From: an uncultured Chloroflexia bacterium
GTDB lineage: Bacteria; Chloroflexota; Limnocylindria; Limnocylindrales; CSP1-4
NCBI GenBank assembly: GCA_963712745.1
Contig: CAVQJC010000006.1
Span: 64,001-128,000 of the forward strand
Direction: 5' to 3'
Length of the DNA: 64,000 nt
Made by a program: the position numbers and the translations under genes. The notes below the pieces were generated by a model. It saw only the letters and a list, made by a program, of their open reading frames with translations. It made no database searches and was not told the DNA's origin. The first letter of the stretch is position 1, and the number at the start of each line of letters is the position of its first letter. Positions 1 to 8,847 of the stretch are shown here, piece by piece.

Positions 1-139
1 CGACAGGCCGGGCGGCGGGAAGCACGAAAGTGGGCGTTCAGCGGGAGATCGCGCCACTGCGTGCCGTTGGTCGGGAAGACTGAGCGGGTCGGCCGTCTGA
101 CACGTCGCGCTGTCCCGCTGGACGGCAATGCGCTTCGGT

Positions 140-217
140 CGGACTCGGCGGAGTCCAGCTCCGAACTCCGGACTCGGCGGGATCCAGCTCCGGACTCTGG
201 ACCCCCGGGAGCTCTAG
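140..217. repeat. 29-bp imperfect tandem repeat (2 copies plus 1 degenerate) just past the PASTA gene stop
   Basis: cggactcggcggagtccagctccgaactc (140-168) followed by cggactcggcgggatccagctccggactc (169-197). Confidence 0.6.
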
Positions 218-879
218 TCCTCGGGGAGCGTGAAGAACGAGCCGTCCGGGAGGCGCAGCGGCCTCGAGCGACGGCGGTCGTCGTGGCCCTTGCGAGCCCT
301 GGTGCGCGACCCCGTCGCCACCACGTACGAGACGCGGCTGCCGAAGGCGACTTCGGCCCCGGCCCGCGGCCGCGTTCGGACGACGGAACCCTCTGGCATC
401 CCGTCTGCACGACGGGCAGCGCGGCGGGCGGTTCCCAGACCGGCCTCGCGCAACATCGAGAGCGCTTCCTCCTCATCGCGACCGCGGACATCGGGGACGA
501 CGACATGCGGCCTGGCGCCGACCGCGAGCGTGACCACGGCACCTGCGGAGACAGCCAGGCCCGGTGCGGGCTCCTGTTCCAGCACGCGGCCCCACAGGTC
601 GTAGCTCGTACCGCGTTCTTCGAGCGCCGGGCGCAGGCCGGACATCCTGGCCGCGCGGCGCGCCTCGTCGGACGGCAGACCAACCAGCTCGGGCACGAAG
701 ACCAAGCTGATGACCGGAGCTGGAGCAGTCACGACCGGCTGCGCTGGCCGGGCCTCCGTATCGAGCGAGGCGACAGTCTCGGCGCCCTGCGCCGCCGGGG
801 CGTGCGGCGTCGATCCGATCCCCGGCTCGATGGGCAGGAGCGGACGACCGCTGAAGACGGTTGGGAAGTGGCGCCACAT
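214..879 (-). CDS. Tandem PASTA-domain protein with no kinase/PBP domain and no TM helix
   Basis: Two PASTA-like repeats: VPELVG...GRVLEQEPAPG...VTLAV and VPDVRG...GSVVRTRPRAG...VSYVV. ATG at 879 with GAGG upstream (ORF track starts at 921). Confidence 0.75.
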   Translation of the reverse strand: MWRHFPTVFSGRPLLPIEPGIGSTPHAPAAQGAETVASLDTEARPAQPVVTAPAPVISLVFVPELVGLPSDEARRAARMSGLRPALEERGTSYDLWGRVLEQEPAPGLAVSAGAVVTLAVGARPHVVVPDVRGRDEEEALSMLREAGLGTARRAARRADGMPEGSVVRTRPRAGAEVAFGSRVSYVVATGSRTRARKGHDDRRRSRPLRLPDGSFFTLPED

Positions 880-1134
880 GGCCGGCGACCTCGTCAGCCT
901 CGACCCACGGTTCGGGCCCACCTGGCCTTGGTCCCAGGGTCGAGGTGAGCCATTCTTGCGCCCTTGAGTCGGCCGCTGTCAATCAGGTCGACGATGAAGA
1001 ATCCATAACCGTCTCGTTACCGAACCGAGCGTCGACGCCGTAGGTCGCCGGGACGTACATTTCAGCAGAGAGCGCGGTGCGCATTCCGGCCGAGCTGAGC
1101 CTTGAGCGACTCCGTGACGCGAGGTCATACCCCG

Positions 1135-1383
1135 ATGACGATGCATCGGCCCGATGTGTCCATCCGGCTCGACATGTCCGCGTCCGGACCGGTCCGCGGT
1201 CCGCTCCTGCCGAGCGACTCGGGGACCATCGATGTGACTGTGACCGAGTGGGCAACAGGTCCGTCGATGTCGACCCCGCCGGCCGGTGTCACAACCCTTG
1301 TCTTGGCCGACTACGTCGATTTCGACGCCATCGATTCCGTGCACGAGGCCAGCGCCCCGCGCAGCCTGGAGGCCGTCCGATGA
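1135..1383 (+). CDS. Small hypothetical protein
   Basis: GAGG upstream of ATG 1135; stop overlaps the next ATG (ATGA). Confidence 0.5.
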   Translation: MTMHRPDVSIRLDMSASGPVRGPLLPSDSGTIDVTVTEWATGPSMSTPPAGVTTLVLADYVDFDAIDSVHEASAPRSLEAVR

Positions 1384-1682
1384 CGGGGGCGGTGCCGGCG
1401 CTCCCGGGTTCTGGCGGTGGACCCGGTGCGCCCGTGCCGGGTGGACGCGACGGGCGTGGACAAGGAGACCGCTCGGCCCGACGGCAAGCGGAGCGCACCT
1501 CCGCGCTGATTCGCCGACTGGGCGAGTCTGTGGAGGGTCCGGCTGGCGAGGGTATCGGTGGACCTGGAGAGGACATCATCGAGATCGAGACCGCGACGTC
1601 CCGACGCGATCGGGCGAGGGACCTCAAGGGGACCTTGACGAGGTTCCGGGTCCTGCGCGTCGGCCGGCGGCAACGAGGGTGA
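1380..1682 (+). CDS. Small hypothetical protein
   Basis: GGAGG RBS; ATGA overlap upstream and GTGA overlap downstream. Confidence 0.5.
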   Translation: MTGAVPALPGSGGGPGAPVPGGRDGRGQGDRSARRQAERTSALIRRLGESVEGPAGEGIGGPGEDIIEIETATSRRDRARDLKGTLTRFRVLRVGRRQRG

Positions 1683-2266
1683 TACTGCAGCTTCGACCGG
1701 ACCAGCTTCCCCTGGTCGACCCCGACGGAGCGGAACGACGGGACTCGACCGCGCCCACAGAGGTCGTGGCTGAGCCGGGCCTCACGGCCGCTGCGGCCGC
1801 TGCGGCCGATGTCCCGCTGCCGACGGCGCCGAGTCACACCGGCGGGCGTGTCGCGGTGCCCGACCTTTCGGGACTGGAGGTCCTCGAGGCGCTGCACTTG
1901 GCCCGCCAGTTCCGTCTTCGGCTCTCCATCTCGGTATGGGAGACGAAGATCGGACCCTGGGGCCGCGTCCTGGCCCAGCTACCGACGGCGGACACCAGCG
2001 TTCGCTCCGGCTCGCGCATCGCGGTGACGGTGGCGGGCAGGCCGCACCTGACGCTTCCCGACGTCCGCGGTCACGAGTCCTCGGAGGCGATGGTGATGCT
2101 GAGACGGTCCGGGCTGCATCCGATGCTGTCCGGAGAGCGGGGCTCGCGCTCCCTGGCACCGGGTCATGTCATCGAGACGCGGCCGCGACCCGGTGCGCTG
2201 GTGGTTCACGGAAGCCCGGTCGAGCTGGTCACTGCACGCGCCCCTGGTCGCCCGCCCCGCCCGTGA
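1679..2266 (+). CDS. Tandem PASTA-domain protein, paralog of 214-879
   Basis: VPDLSG...WGRVLAQLP...IAVTV and LPDVRG...GHVIETRPRPG...VELV; GTG start overlaps the upstream TGA. Confidence 0.7.
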   Translation: MILQLRPDQLPLVDPDGAERRDSTAPTEVVAEPGLTAAAAAAADVPLPTAPSHTGGRVAVPDLSGLEVLEALHLARQFRLRLSISVWETKIGPWGRVLAQLPTADTSVRSGSRIAVTVAGRPHLTLPDVRGHESSEAMVMLRRSGLHPMLSGERGSRSLAPGHVIETRPRPGALVVHGSPVELVTARAPGRPPRP

Positions 2267-2466
2267 GCGACGGCCGTCGCGGAGCACCTTCGCGGCGGCC
2301 TTCAGATCCTTCCTGGTTCTCGCGCGGGCGCATGCTCGCGCTCCGAGAAGCCAAGGCCTAGACACCCCCTGACCGGCCCCCAGCCGGCGGCGAGGGACCC
2401 GTCCGCATCAGCCTGGGCCGGCACACCGTACGATGCCCACGGCGTCTGCCGTAGCCGGAGAACCCG

Positions 2467-3828
2467 ATGACCGTTGAGACCGATCGCCAGTCCTGGGAGC
2501 ACCTCCGCGAGCTGGCGGCAGCCGAGGACCGCGAGGCGCTGGACGCTGCCATCGGCGCCATGGAGCCCAGCGAGGCCGTGCGCGCCATCCTTCACCTGGA
2601 GCCCGAGGACCAGCAAGCCCTGCTGACCACGCTGTCTCCGCCGGAGGCCGCCGACCTCATCGAGGATGCGCCCGACGAGCAGGCCGCCGACCTCATCGAG
2701 CGGCTGACCCCGACCGACGCGGCCGCCATCGTGAACGAGATGCAGAGCGATGAGCAAGCCGACCTCATCGCCGACCTCGATCGGGCGGAGGCCGACGCCA
2801 TCCTGCGCGCGATGGAGCCGGATGAGGCCGCGGAGGTGCGGGCCCTGGCCGACTATCCGGACGATGTCGCCGGCGGCCTGATGATCACCGAGTTCCTGCA
2901 GGTCGGCGAGAACGAGACGGTGGGCGACACGCTCGACCAGCTCGTGGTCAACGCCGAAGACAGCGACGACCACTTCAGCCGCTACGTCTACGTCCTCTCG
3001 CCTCTCGGGCGGCTGGTGGGCGTGGCCGCCGCCAGCGTCCTCGCCGCCGCAGCCCGCACGCAGCGGGTCGCGGACGTGATGGTGCCACCGCTGTTCCGGG
3101 GCCCCACCACCGGACTCGACGAGCTGCGCGAGTTCTTCGAGGCCCATCCCATCGCGGCCGTCCCGGTGGTGGACCCGCGCGGCCGGCTGCTGGGCGTGGC
3201 CCGGCGCACAGCCGTGCTGGACGCAATCGCCGATCGCACCGAACGAGAGATGCTGCGCATGCACGGCATCGTCGGTGGCGACGAGGTGCGCTCGCTGCCC
3301 ACGGCCACCCGCTCACGACGCCGGCTCAGCTGGCTCAGCATCAACATCGTGCTCAACGTCATCGCTGCCAGCGTCATCGCCCTCTACATCGACACCCTCG
3401 ACCAGGTCATCGCGCTGGCGGTGTTCCTGCCCATCATCAGCGACATGTCCGGCGCCAGCGGCAACCAGGCCGTGGCCGTGAGCATGCGCGAGCTCTCGCT
3501 CGGCCTGGTCAAGCCCTACGAAGTCGGCCAGGTCTGGCTCAAGGAGATCACCGTCGGTCTCATCAACGGCGTGGCCCTGGGCCTGCTCATCGGGGCTGTG
3601 GCCATCCTCTGGGACGGCAGCCCCTGGCTGGGGCTCGTGGTCGGCGTGACATTGGCCCTGAACACGCTCATCGCGGTCTCGGTCGGCGGCACGGTACCGC
3701 TCATGCTCAAACGCTTCGGAGTGGACCCGGCCGTGGCCTCGGGGCCGATCCTCACCACCGTCACAGACATCTGCGGCTTCTTCATCGCGCTCAGCCTCGC
3801 CACACTGCTGCTGGACCGGCTGGTCTAG
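2467..3828 (+). CDS. mgtE: Magnesium transporter MgtE
   Basis: Acidic MgtE_N domain, AGGLM then a CBS pair, TM motifs SGASGNQA and DPAVASGPILTTVTD. Confidence 0.95.
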   Translation: MTVETDRQSWEHLRELAAAEDREALDAAIGAMEPSEAVRAILHLEPEDQQALLTTLSPPEAADLIEDAPDEQAADLIERLTPTDAAAIVNEMQSDEQADLIADLDRAEADAILRAMEPDEAAEVRALADYPDDVAGGLMITEFLQVGENETVGDTLDQLVVNAEDSDDHFSRYVYVLSPLGRLVGVAAASVLAAAARTQRVADVMVPPLFRGPTTGLDELREFFEAHPIAAVPVVDPRGRLLGVARRTAVLDAIADRTEREMLRMHGIVGGDEVRSLPTATRSRRRLSWLSINIVLNVIAASVIALYIDTLDQVIALAVFLPIISDMSGASGNQAVAVSMRELSLGLVKPYEVGQVWLKEITVGLINGVALGLLIGAVAILWDGSPWLGLVVGVTLALNTLIAVSVGGTVPLMLKRFGVDPAVASGPILTTVTDICGFFIALSLATLLLDRLV

Positions 3829-3944
3829 CAGATGCGAGTGATTGATCGGCCTCCGCTGCACGATGATTGATAGAGGTGCAAATACTACCGACGGCCGGCG
3901 TTCGACACACGAACGTTCCCGTGGCAAGCATGGATGAGAGACTG

Positions 3945-4745
3945 ATGTCGCAACGATCGATCGCCGCAATCGCTGACGTCCTCGAAGGCCAGGAGCCGAT
4001 CGTGGCTACGGCCATCCACGATGGTCATGAGCTGCGTGACGAGGTGGCAGCGCTGATGGCGCTGGAGGAGTCGGACCGACTTCGCGAAGAGGACCCCTTC
4101 ACGGGGATCTGGACGAGCGTGGTCACCACGCAGATCGTGGCCCGACGGTCACGCTTCGAGGTCGACCTCAACCGGCCCCGTGACAAGGCGGTGTACCGCA
4201 CACCGGACGACGCGTGGGGCCTGGTGATGTGGCGCGACGAGCTGCCCGAAGACGTGGTCCAGCGCTCGCTGGAGGAGTACGACGCCTTCTATGCGGAGGC
4301 TGAACGGGTCTTCTCCGAGCTGGAGCGACGCTACGGGCGTTTCGTGGTGTTCGACCTGCACTCCTACAATCACCGCCGCGGCGGGCCGGACGAGCCGGCC
4401 GAAGACCCCGAGGCGAACCCTGAAGTGAACGTGGGCACGGGCTCGCTTGACCGCGAGCGCTGGGGCCCACTCGTGGACCGCTTCATGACCGATCTGCGCG
4501 ATCACGACTTCCTGGGCCGGCATCTCGATGTTCGCGAGAACGTGCGGTTCCAGGGCGGATACCTGTCGAAGTGGGTCCATGAGACCTACCCACGATCGGG
4601 CTGCTGCCTGGCCATCGAGTTCAAGAAGTTCTTCATGGACGAGTGGACCGGGCGCATCTCGGCCGAGGAGTACGAGGCCATCCCGCAGGCGCTGCAGGCG
4701 ACGCTGGCCGGCATCATCGAGTCGCTTGGACTCATCGATCCATGA
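3945..4745 (+). CDS. N-formylglutamate amidohydrolase family protein
   Basis: TAIHDGH, REEDPFT, SRFEVDLNR, FDLHSY, ENVRFQGG and AIEFKK motifs; start could also be 3930. Confidence 0.88.
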   Translation: MSQRSIAAIADVLEGQEPIVATAIHDGHELRDEVAALMALEESDRLREEDPFTGIWTSVVTTQIVARRSRFEVDLNRPRDKAVYRTPDDAWGLVMWRDELPEDVVQRSLEEYDAFYAEAERVFSELERRYGRFVVFDLHSYNHRRGGPDEPAEDPEANPEVNVGTGSLDRERWGPLVDRFMTDLRDHDFLGRHLDVRENVRFQGGYLSKWVHETYPRSGCCLAIEFKKFFMDEWTGRISAEEYEAIPQALQATLAGIIESLGLIDP

Positions 4746-6700
4746 TCGACGTCGGCCTGGCGATGACGCTACAGGAGCCGTCGAGCACCGCCGATCCAGC
4801 AGATCCGCCGCGACACGAGACCGATGCCTTCGTCGAGGCCGTCTGCAGCCGGATCGGTGAGGGCAAGCCCCTGCGCCGGAAGCTCAGCCCGTGGGGCCGA
4901 GTGCATGTGGACCGCCCCCTGCCGTACGTGGCGGTCTACCGGCGACCGGTCAGTCGCCCCGATGCCGACACCGAATCGCTCATCGTGGGCGAGGCCTCGT
5001 ACGTCATCGCGGCCGGTGGGAAGCGGGCGCGCGCCGGGCTGAGCGCACTGGTCGAAGGCATCGCCAAGGTGCAGTCCGAGAGCTTCGGCGCCTTCCTCGT
5101 CATCGAGCTGTGGTCTACTCCTGACAGCAACCTGCCGCCTGGCCAGACCGCGTGGAGCCCGGGCTTCCGGATCCACCGACCGCGCAAGAGCCGCCTGGTG
5201 GCCACCATCAACTCGCTCGCCGACGCGCTCGGCGAAGTGCGGATCAAGGGTGCGTTCGCCGATGTCGAGATCGCCAGCGTCACCAGCGTCAGGCCCCCGC
5301 ACATGCCTCCGCTGTTGACGGCCAGCCAGGCGGCGGGACTCGGTGTCCACGTCATCGGACTGGAGGTCCAGCCGGTCTTCCGCGATCCGGGCCTGACCGA
5401 GAGCTATCCGCTCATCCATCGGGCCCTCCACCGCGGCATCTCACGGGCCATCAAGCGAGCCGTCTTCGACTTCACCCGACTGCGCACCTCGCATCGCCCG
5501 CCCAACTACCACGCCCTGGGACGGCACAGCGTGGTCAAGGCCGTCTGGGACGTGGACCGGCGACTGGCCCAGGTCAGCAACGAGTTCGACTTCATCCTGC
5601 AGGTCACGCCCACCAATGCCGACGCCGCGTGGGCCCAGTTCCGGCGCAGTCGCTTCGAGCTCGCGCCGGACTTCATGTCGCGTCCGCTCAAGCTCGACAC
5701 GGCCCTCGCCAAGCGGGAGCTCTTCAAGATCCCCATCGAACGCATCGAAGACCCGACCCTGGCGCAGCTGTTCCGCGACCAGCAGGTCTCGCTCGATCGC
5801 AGGCTGACGATGCTTGGCGACCGGGGCAAGCCGGAGTTCCTGTATGGGAGCCTGCAGCTCTTCGGCGGCGTGGACGAGCCCCTGCTCAACCTTGCCTACG
5901 AGGTGCTCAACCGGGTGCCCTCGAGGAGCCGCGACGATTCGCCTCGCGGGGCCGTCGATGCCAAGACCTTCGCCGCACGTGCCAGCGCCGAGATGGAGTA
6001 CTACCAGGGCATCCACCCGGGCGTGACCGGTGCGGTCGAGATCCGCCAGGACGTGGTCGGCGTGATGGTGTCGCGTGGGCGCGTGCTCGTGGGTACCCAG
6101 ACGAAGGTGCCGGTATCGCGGGTGGACGCGTTGCTTGCCCACGAGGTGGGCACCCACATCGTCACCTACATCAATGGCCGCGCGCAGCCGTTCCGCCAGC
6201 TCGCCATCGGCCTTCCCGGCTATGACGAACTGCAGGAGGGCTTGGCGGTGTTTTCCGAGTACCTTGCCGGGGGCTTCAGCCGACCGCGCTTGCGCCTGCT
6301 CGCGGCGCGCGTGCTGGCTGCGCGCCGCATGCTCGACGGTGCCGAGTTCGTGGAGGTCTTTCGCGAGCTCGACCGGGCGCATGACTTCGCGCAGCGAACG
6401 GCATTCAACGTGACCATGCGCGTGTTCCGCGGTGGAGGGTTGACCAAGGACGTGGTCTACCTGAGAGGTCTCGCGCGCGTGCTCACCTACCTGCGGGAGG
6501 GTGGTTCCCTGGAGCCACTCCTGGTCGGCAAACTGGGACCGGACCATATCCCCATCATCGAGGAGCTACAGTGGCGCAGGGTCCTGCAGCCTCCGCCACT
6601 GCGTCCGCGCCACCTCACCGATCCAGCCGCGATCGAGCGACTCGAGCGTGTCCGGCGCGGTGCATCGGTCCTTGATCTCGTGACGAAGGGACGAAGATGA
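4742..6700 (+). CDS. QEGLA-motif / DUF1704 (MATCAP-like) zinc metallopeptidase with N-terminal extension
   Basis: HEVGTH (HExxxH), literal QEGLA, RVFRGGGLTKDVVYLRG; ATGA overlap with the upstream gene. Confidence 0.9.
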   Translation: MIDVGLAMTLQEPSSTADPADPPRHETDAFVEAVCSRIGEGKPLRRKLSPWGRVHVDRPLPYVAVYRRPVSRPDADTESLIVGEASYVIAAGGKRARAGLSALVEGIAKVQSESFGAFLVIELWSTPDSNLPPGQTAWSPGFRIHRPRKSRLVATINSLADALGEVRIKGAFADVEIASVTSVRPPHMPPLLTASQAAGLGVHVIGLEVQPVFRDPGLTESYPLIHRALHRGISRAIKRAVFDFTRLRTSHRPPNYHALGRHSVVKAVWDVDRRLAQVSNEFDFILQVTPTNADAAWAQFRRSRFELAPDFMSRPLKLDTALAKRELFKIPIERIEDPTLAQLFRDQQVSLDRRLTMLGDRGKPEFLYGSLQLFGGVDEPLLNLAYEVLNRVPSRSRDDSPRGAVDAKTFAARASAEMEYYQGIHPGVTGAVEIRQDVVGVMVSRGRVLVGTQTKVPVSRVDALLAHEVGTHIVTYINGRAQPFRQLAIGLPGYDELQEGLAVFSEYLAGGFSRPRLRLLAARVLAARRMLDGAEFVEVFRELDRAHDFAQRTAFNVTMRVFRGGGLTKDVVYLRGLARVLTYLREGGSLEPLLVGKLGPDHIPIIEELQWRRVLQPPPLRPRHLTDPAAIERLERVRRGASVLDLVTKGRR

Positions 6701-7743
6701 AGATCGGTTTCATGGTCAACGATATCGCCACGGAGGAGCCCGGCTACACCACCAGTCGGCTCGCCATGGCCGCCATCAACCGAGGTCACGAAGCCTGGGT
6801 CATCGGGGCGGGTGACTTCGCCTACGACAGCGACGAGACGGTCAAGGCGCGCGCGACCGCGGCGCCGAAGAAGACCTACAAGTCGTCCGAGACCTACGTC
6901 TCCGACCTCAAGGGCAGACGCGCCAAGCAGGAGCGCATCAGCGTCGACGAGCTCGATGTGCTCATGCTGCGCAGCGACCCCTCCACGGACCTGGGCCACC
7001 GATCCTGGGCCCAGTCGTCAGGCATCATCTTTGGCCGGGTGGCGATGCGCACCGGCCTCATCGTGCTCAACGACCCCAACGGCCTGGCCAAGGCCATGAA
7101 CAAGATGTACTTCCAGTTCTACCCGGAGGAGGTCCGACCGCGCACGATCATCACGCGCTCGCGCGATGAGATCAAGGCGTTCTGGAAGGACGAGGGCGGC
7201 ACCATCGTGCTCAAGCCGCTGCAAGGGTCCGGTGGTTCCGGCGTCTTCCTGGTGCGACCTGGGGACGGCTCCAACCTCAACCAGATGGTCGACGCCGTGA
7301 GCCGCGATGGCTACGTCATCGCCCAGGAGTACCTGCCGGCGGCTGAGGAGGGCGACACCCGCCTGTTCCTCATGAATGGCCAGCCCCTGCGCTACCGCGG
7401 CAAGTACGCGGCCTTCCGCCGTGTGCGCTCCGGTGACGACATGCGCAGCAACATCCATGCCGGCGGCAAGCTGCGCGAAGCGGTCATCACCGATGCGCAT
7501 ATGCGAATCGCGGAGATCGTGCGCCCCAAGGTGGTGCAGGACGGGATGTTCCTGGTGGGTCTCGACATCGTCGGTGACAAGCTCATGGAGATCAATGTCT
7601 TCAGCCCCGGTGGGCTGGGCAGCGCGCAACGCTACGAGAAGGTCAACTTCGCCCATGCCGTCGTCGAGGCGCTCGAACGGAAGGTCGATTACATGACCTT
7701 CTATCGCCGCAATTTCGATAACGTGGACATGGCCACGCTCTGA
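6697..7743 (+). CDS. Glutathione synthetase (GshB)-like ATP-grasp ligase
   Basis: LMLRSDP, KPLQGSGG, QEYLP...GDTR, RSNIHAGG, GLDIVGDKLMEINVFSPGG; ATGA overlap. Confidence 0.88.
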   Translation: MKIGFMVNDIATEEPGYTTSRLAMAAINRGHEAWVIGAGDFAYDSDETVKARATAAPKKTYKSSETYVSDLKGRRAKQERISVDELDVLMLRSDPSTDLGHRSWAQSSGIIFGRVAMRTGLIVLNDPNGLAKAMNKMYFQFYPEEVRPRTIITRSRDEIKAFWKDEGGTIVLKPLQGSGGSGVFLVRPGDGSNLNQMVDAVSRDGYVIAQEYLPAAEEGDTRLFLMNGQPLRYRGKYAAFRRVRSGDDMRSNIHAGGKLREAVITDAHMRIAEIVRPKVVQDGMFLVGLDIVGDKLMEINVFSPGGLGSAQRYEKVNFAHAVVEALERKVDYMTFYRRNFDNVDMATL

Positions 7744-7795
7744 CCCTCCCGCGGTCACCCTCCGCGCCTAGCCATGGGAAGAGTAGGCTCGACCC

Positions 7796-8698
7796 ATGAG
7801 TGAACGCGAGTCGGGGCGCATGGCCTTCGGGATATGCATCCCCAACTTCCGGCGGGGCACCGGACCCGAGACGATGCTGGCGGCGACGCAGACGGCTGAG
7901 CGGCTGGGCTGGCACTCTGCCCTCGCGACCGATCACGTCCTGGTCGACAGCGCGGCCCGCGCGACCGACTATCGCCACATCTATGAGGCGCTCGCCAGCG
8001 TGTCCTGGCTGGCCGGTCAGACGACCATGATCCGCCTGGGCATGAGCGTGCTCGTCGTGCCCATGCGCAACGCGCTCGTGCTGGCGAAGGAGCTGGCCAC
8101 CATCGACGCGCTCAGCGACGGACGGCTGATCGCGGGTGTCGGCATCGGCTGGAACAAGACCGAGTTCGAGAGCCTGGGCGAAGGCCAGCGCTTCGCACAC
8201 CGGGGCACCTGGCTAGAGGAGACGGTCGCGCTGTGGCGCCACCTCTGGGCCGGTGGCACAGGCCCGTACGCGGGCCGCTTCGACAGCTTCACTGAGGGCT
8301 ACTTCTCACCCCTGCCACCGCAAGGCGAGGACCTACCCATCTGGATCGGGGCCAGCGCCGAGCCGGCCCTGCGCCGTGCGGGACGCATCGCCGACGGGTA
8401 CCACTCCACGCGCACCGATCCCGACACCATGCGCGAGCGTGTCCGGGTCGTGGGCGAAGCGGCGGCTGAAGCCGGGCGATCGATGCCCGCGGTCTCGGCC
8501 CGACTGACCGTCGACTTCACGCACACGCGCCAGGGACCCTCGATCCTCACCGGCAGCCCCGAGGACATGGCCGCGGGCGTGCGCGCCTACGCCGACGCCG
8601 GCACCGAGCACCTGGCGCTCGACTTCGGCGAGGTCCACCCCGACGCGGTGGCGCGCGCCATCGAGCGATTCGACCGCGAGGTCATCCCCGCGCTCTAG
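7796..8698 (+). CDS. LLM-class (probably F420-dependent) oxidoreductase
   Basis: TDHVLV, IRLGMSVLVVPMRN, LATIDALSDGRL, GVGIGW, PIWIG. Confidence 0.88.
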   Translation: MSERESGRMAFGICIPNFRRGTGPETMLAATQTAERLGWHSALATDHVLVDSAARATDYRHIYEALASVSWLAGQTTMIRLGMSVLVVPMRNALVLAKELATIDALSDGRLIAGVGIGWNKTEFESLGEGQRFAHRGTWLEETVALWRHLWAGGTGPYAGRFDSFTEGYFSPLPPQGEDLPIWIGASAEPALRRAGRIADGYHSTRTDPDTMRERVRVVGEAAAEAGRSMPAVSARLTVDFTHTRQGPSILTGSPEDMAAGVRAYADAGTEHLALDFGEVHPDAVARAIERFDREVIPAL

Positions 8699-8802
8699 CG
8701 CACCGGCGACCGATCAGAGGAGCCAGGCCGGCCCTCACGCCGTTGCGCCCGACCGAACCACCGCGAGATTCTCGGGTGTCGAGCACTACACTCCGACGAG
8801 GC

Positions 8803-8816
8803 GGCAAGCGACTGCC
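8803..8816. promoter_or_regulatory. Possible LacI-type operator upstream of the GH94 gene
   Basis: GGCAAGCGACTGCC, an imperfect palindrome with central CG, just downstream of a TACACT -10-like box. Confidence 0.3.
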
Positions 8817-8847
8817 GGCGGCCCAAGGCATGTGACGGGAGGGATCG

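Noticed and set aside
3865-3930. Lysine-riboswitch-like start (gatAGAGGTGC)
   Set aside because: The leader is far too short and the downstream conserved elements are not visible.
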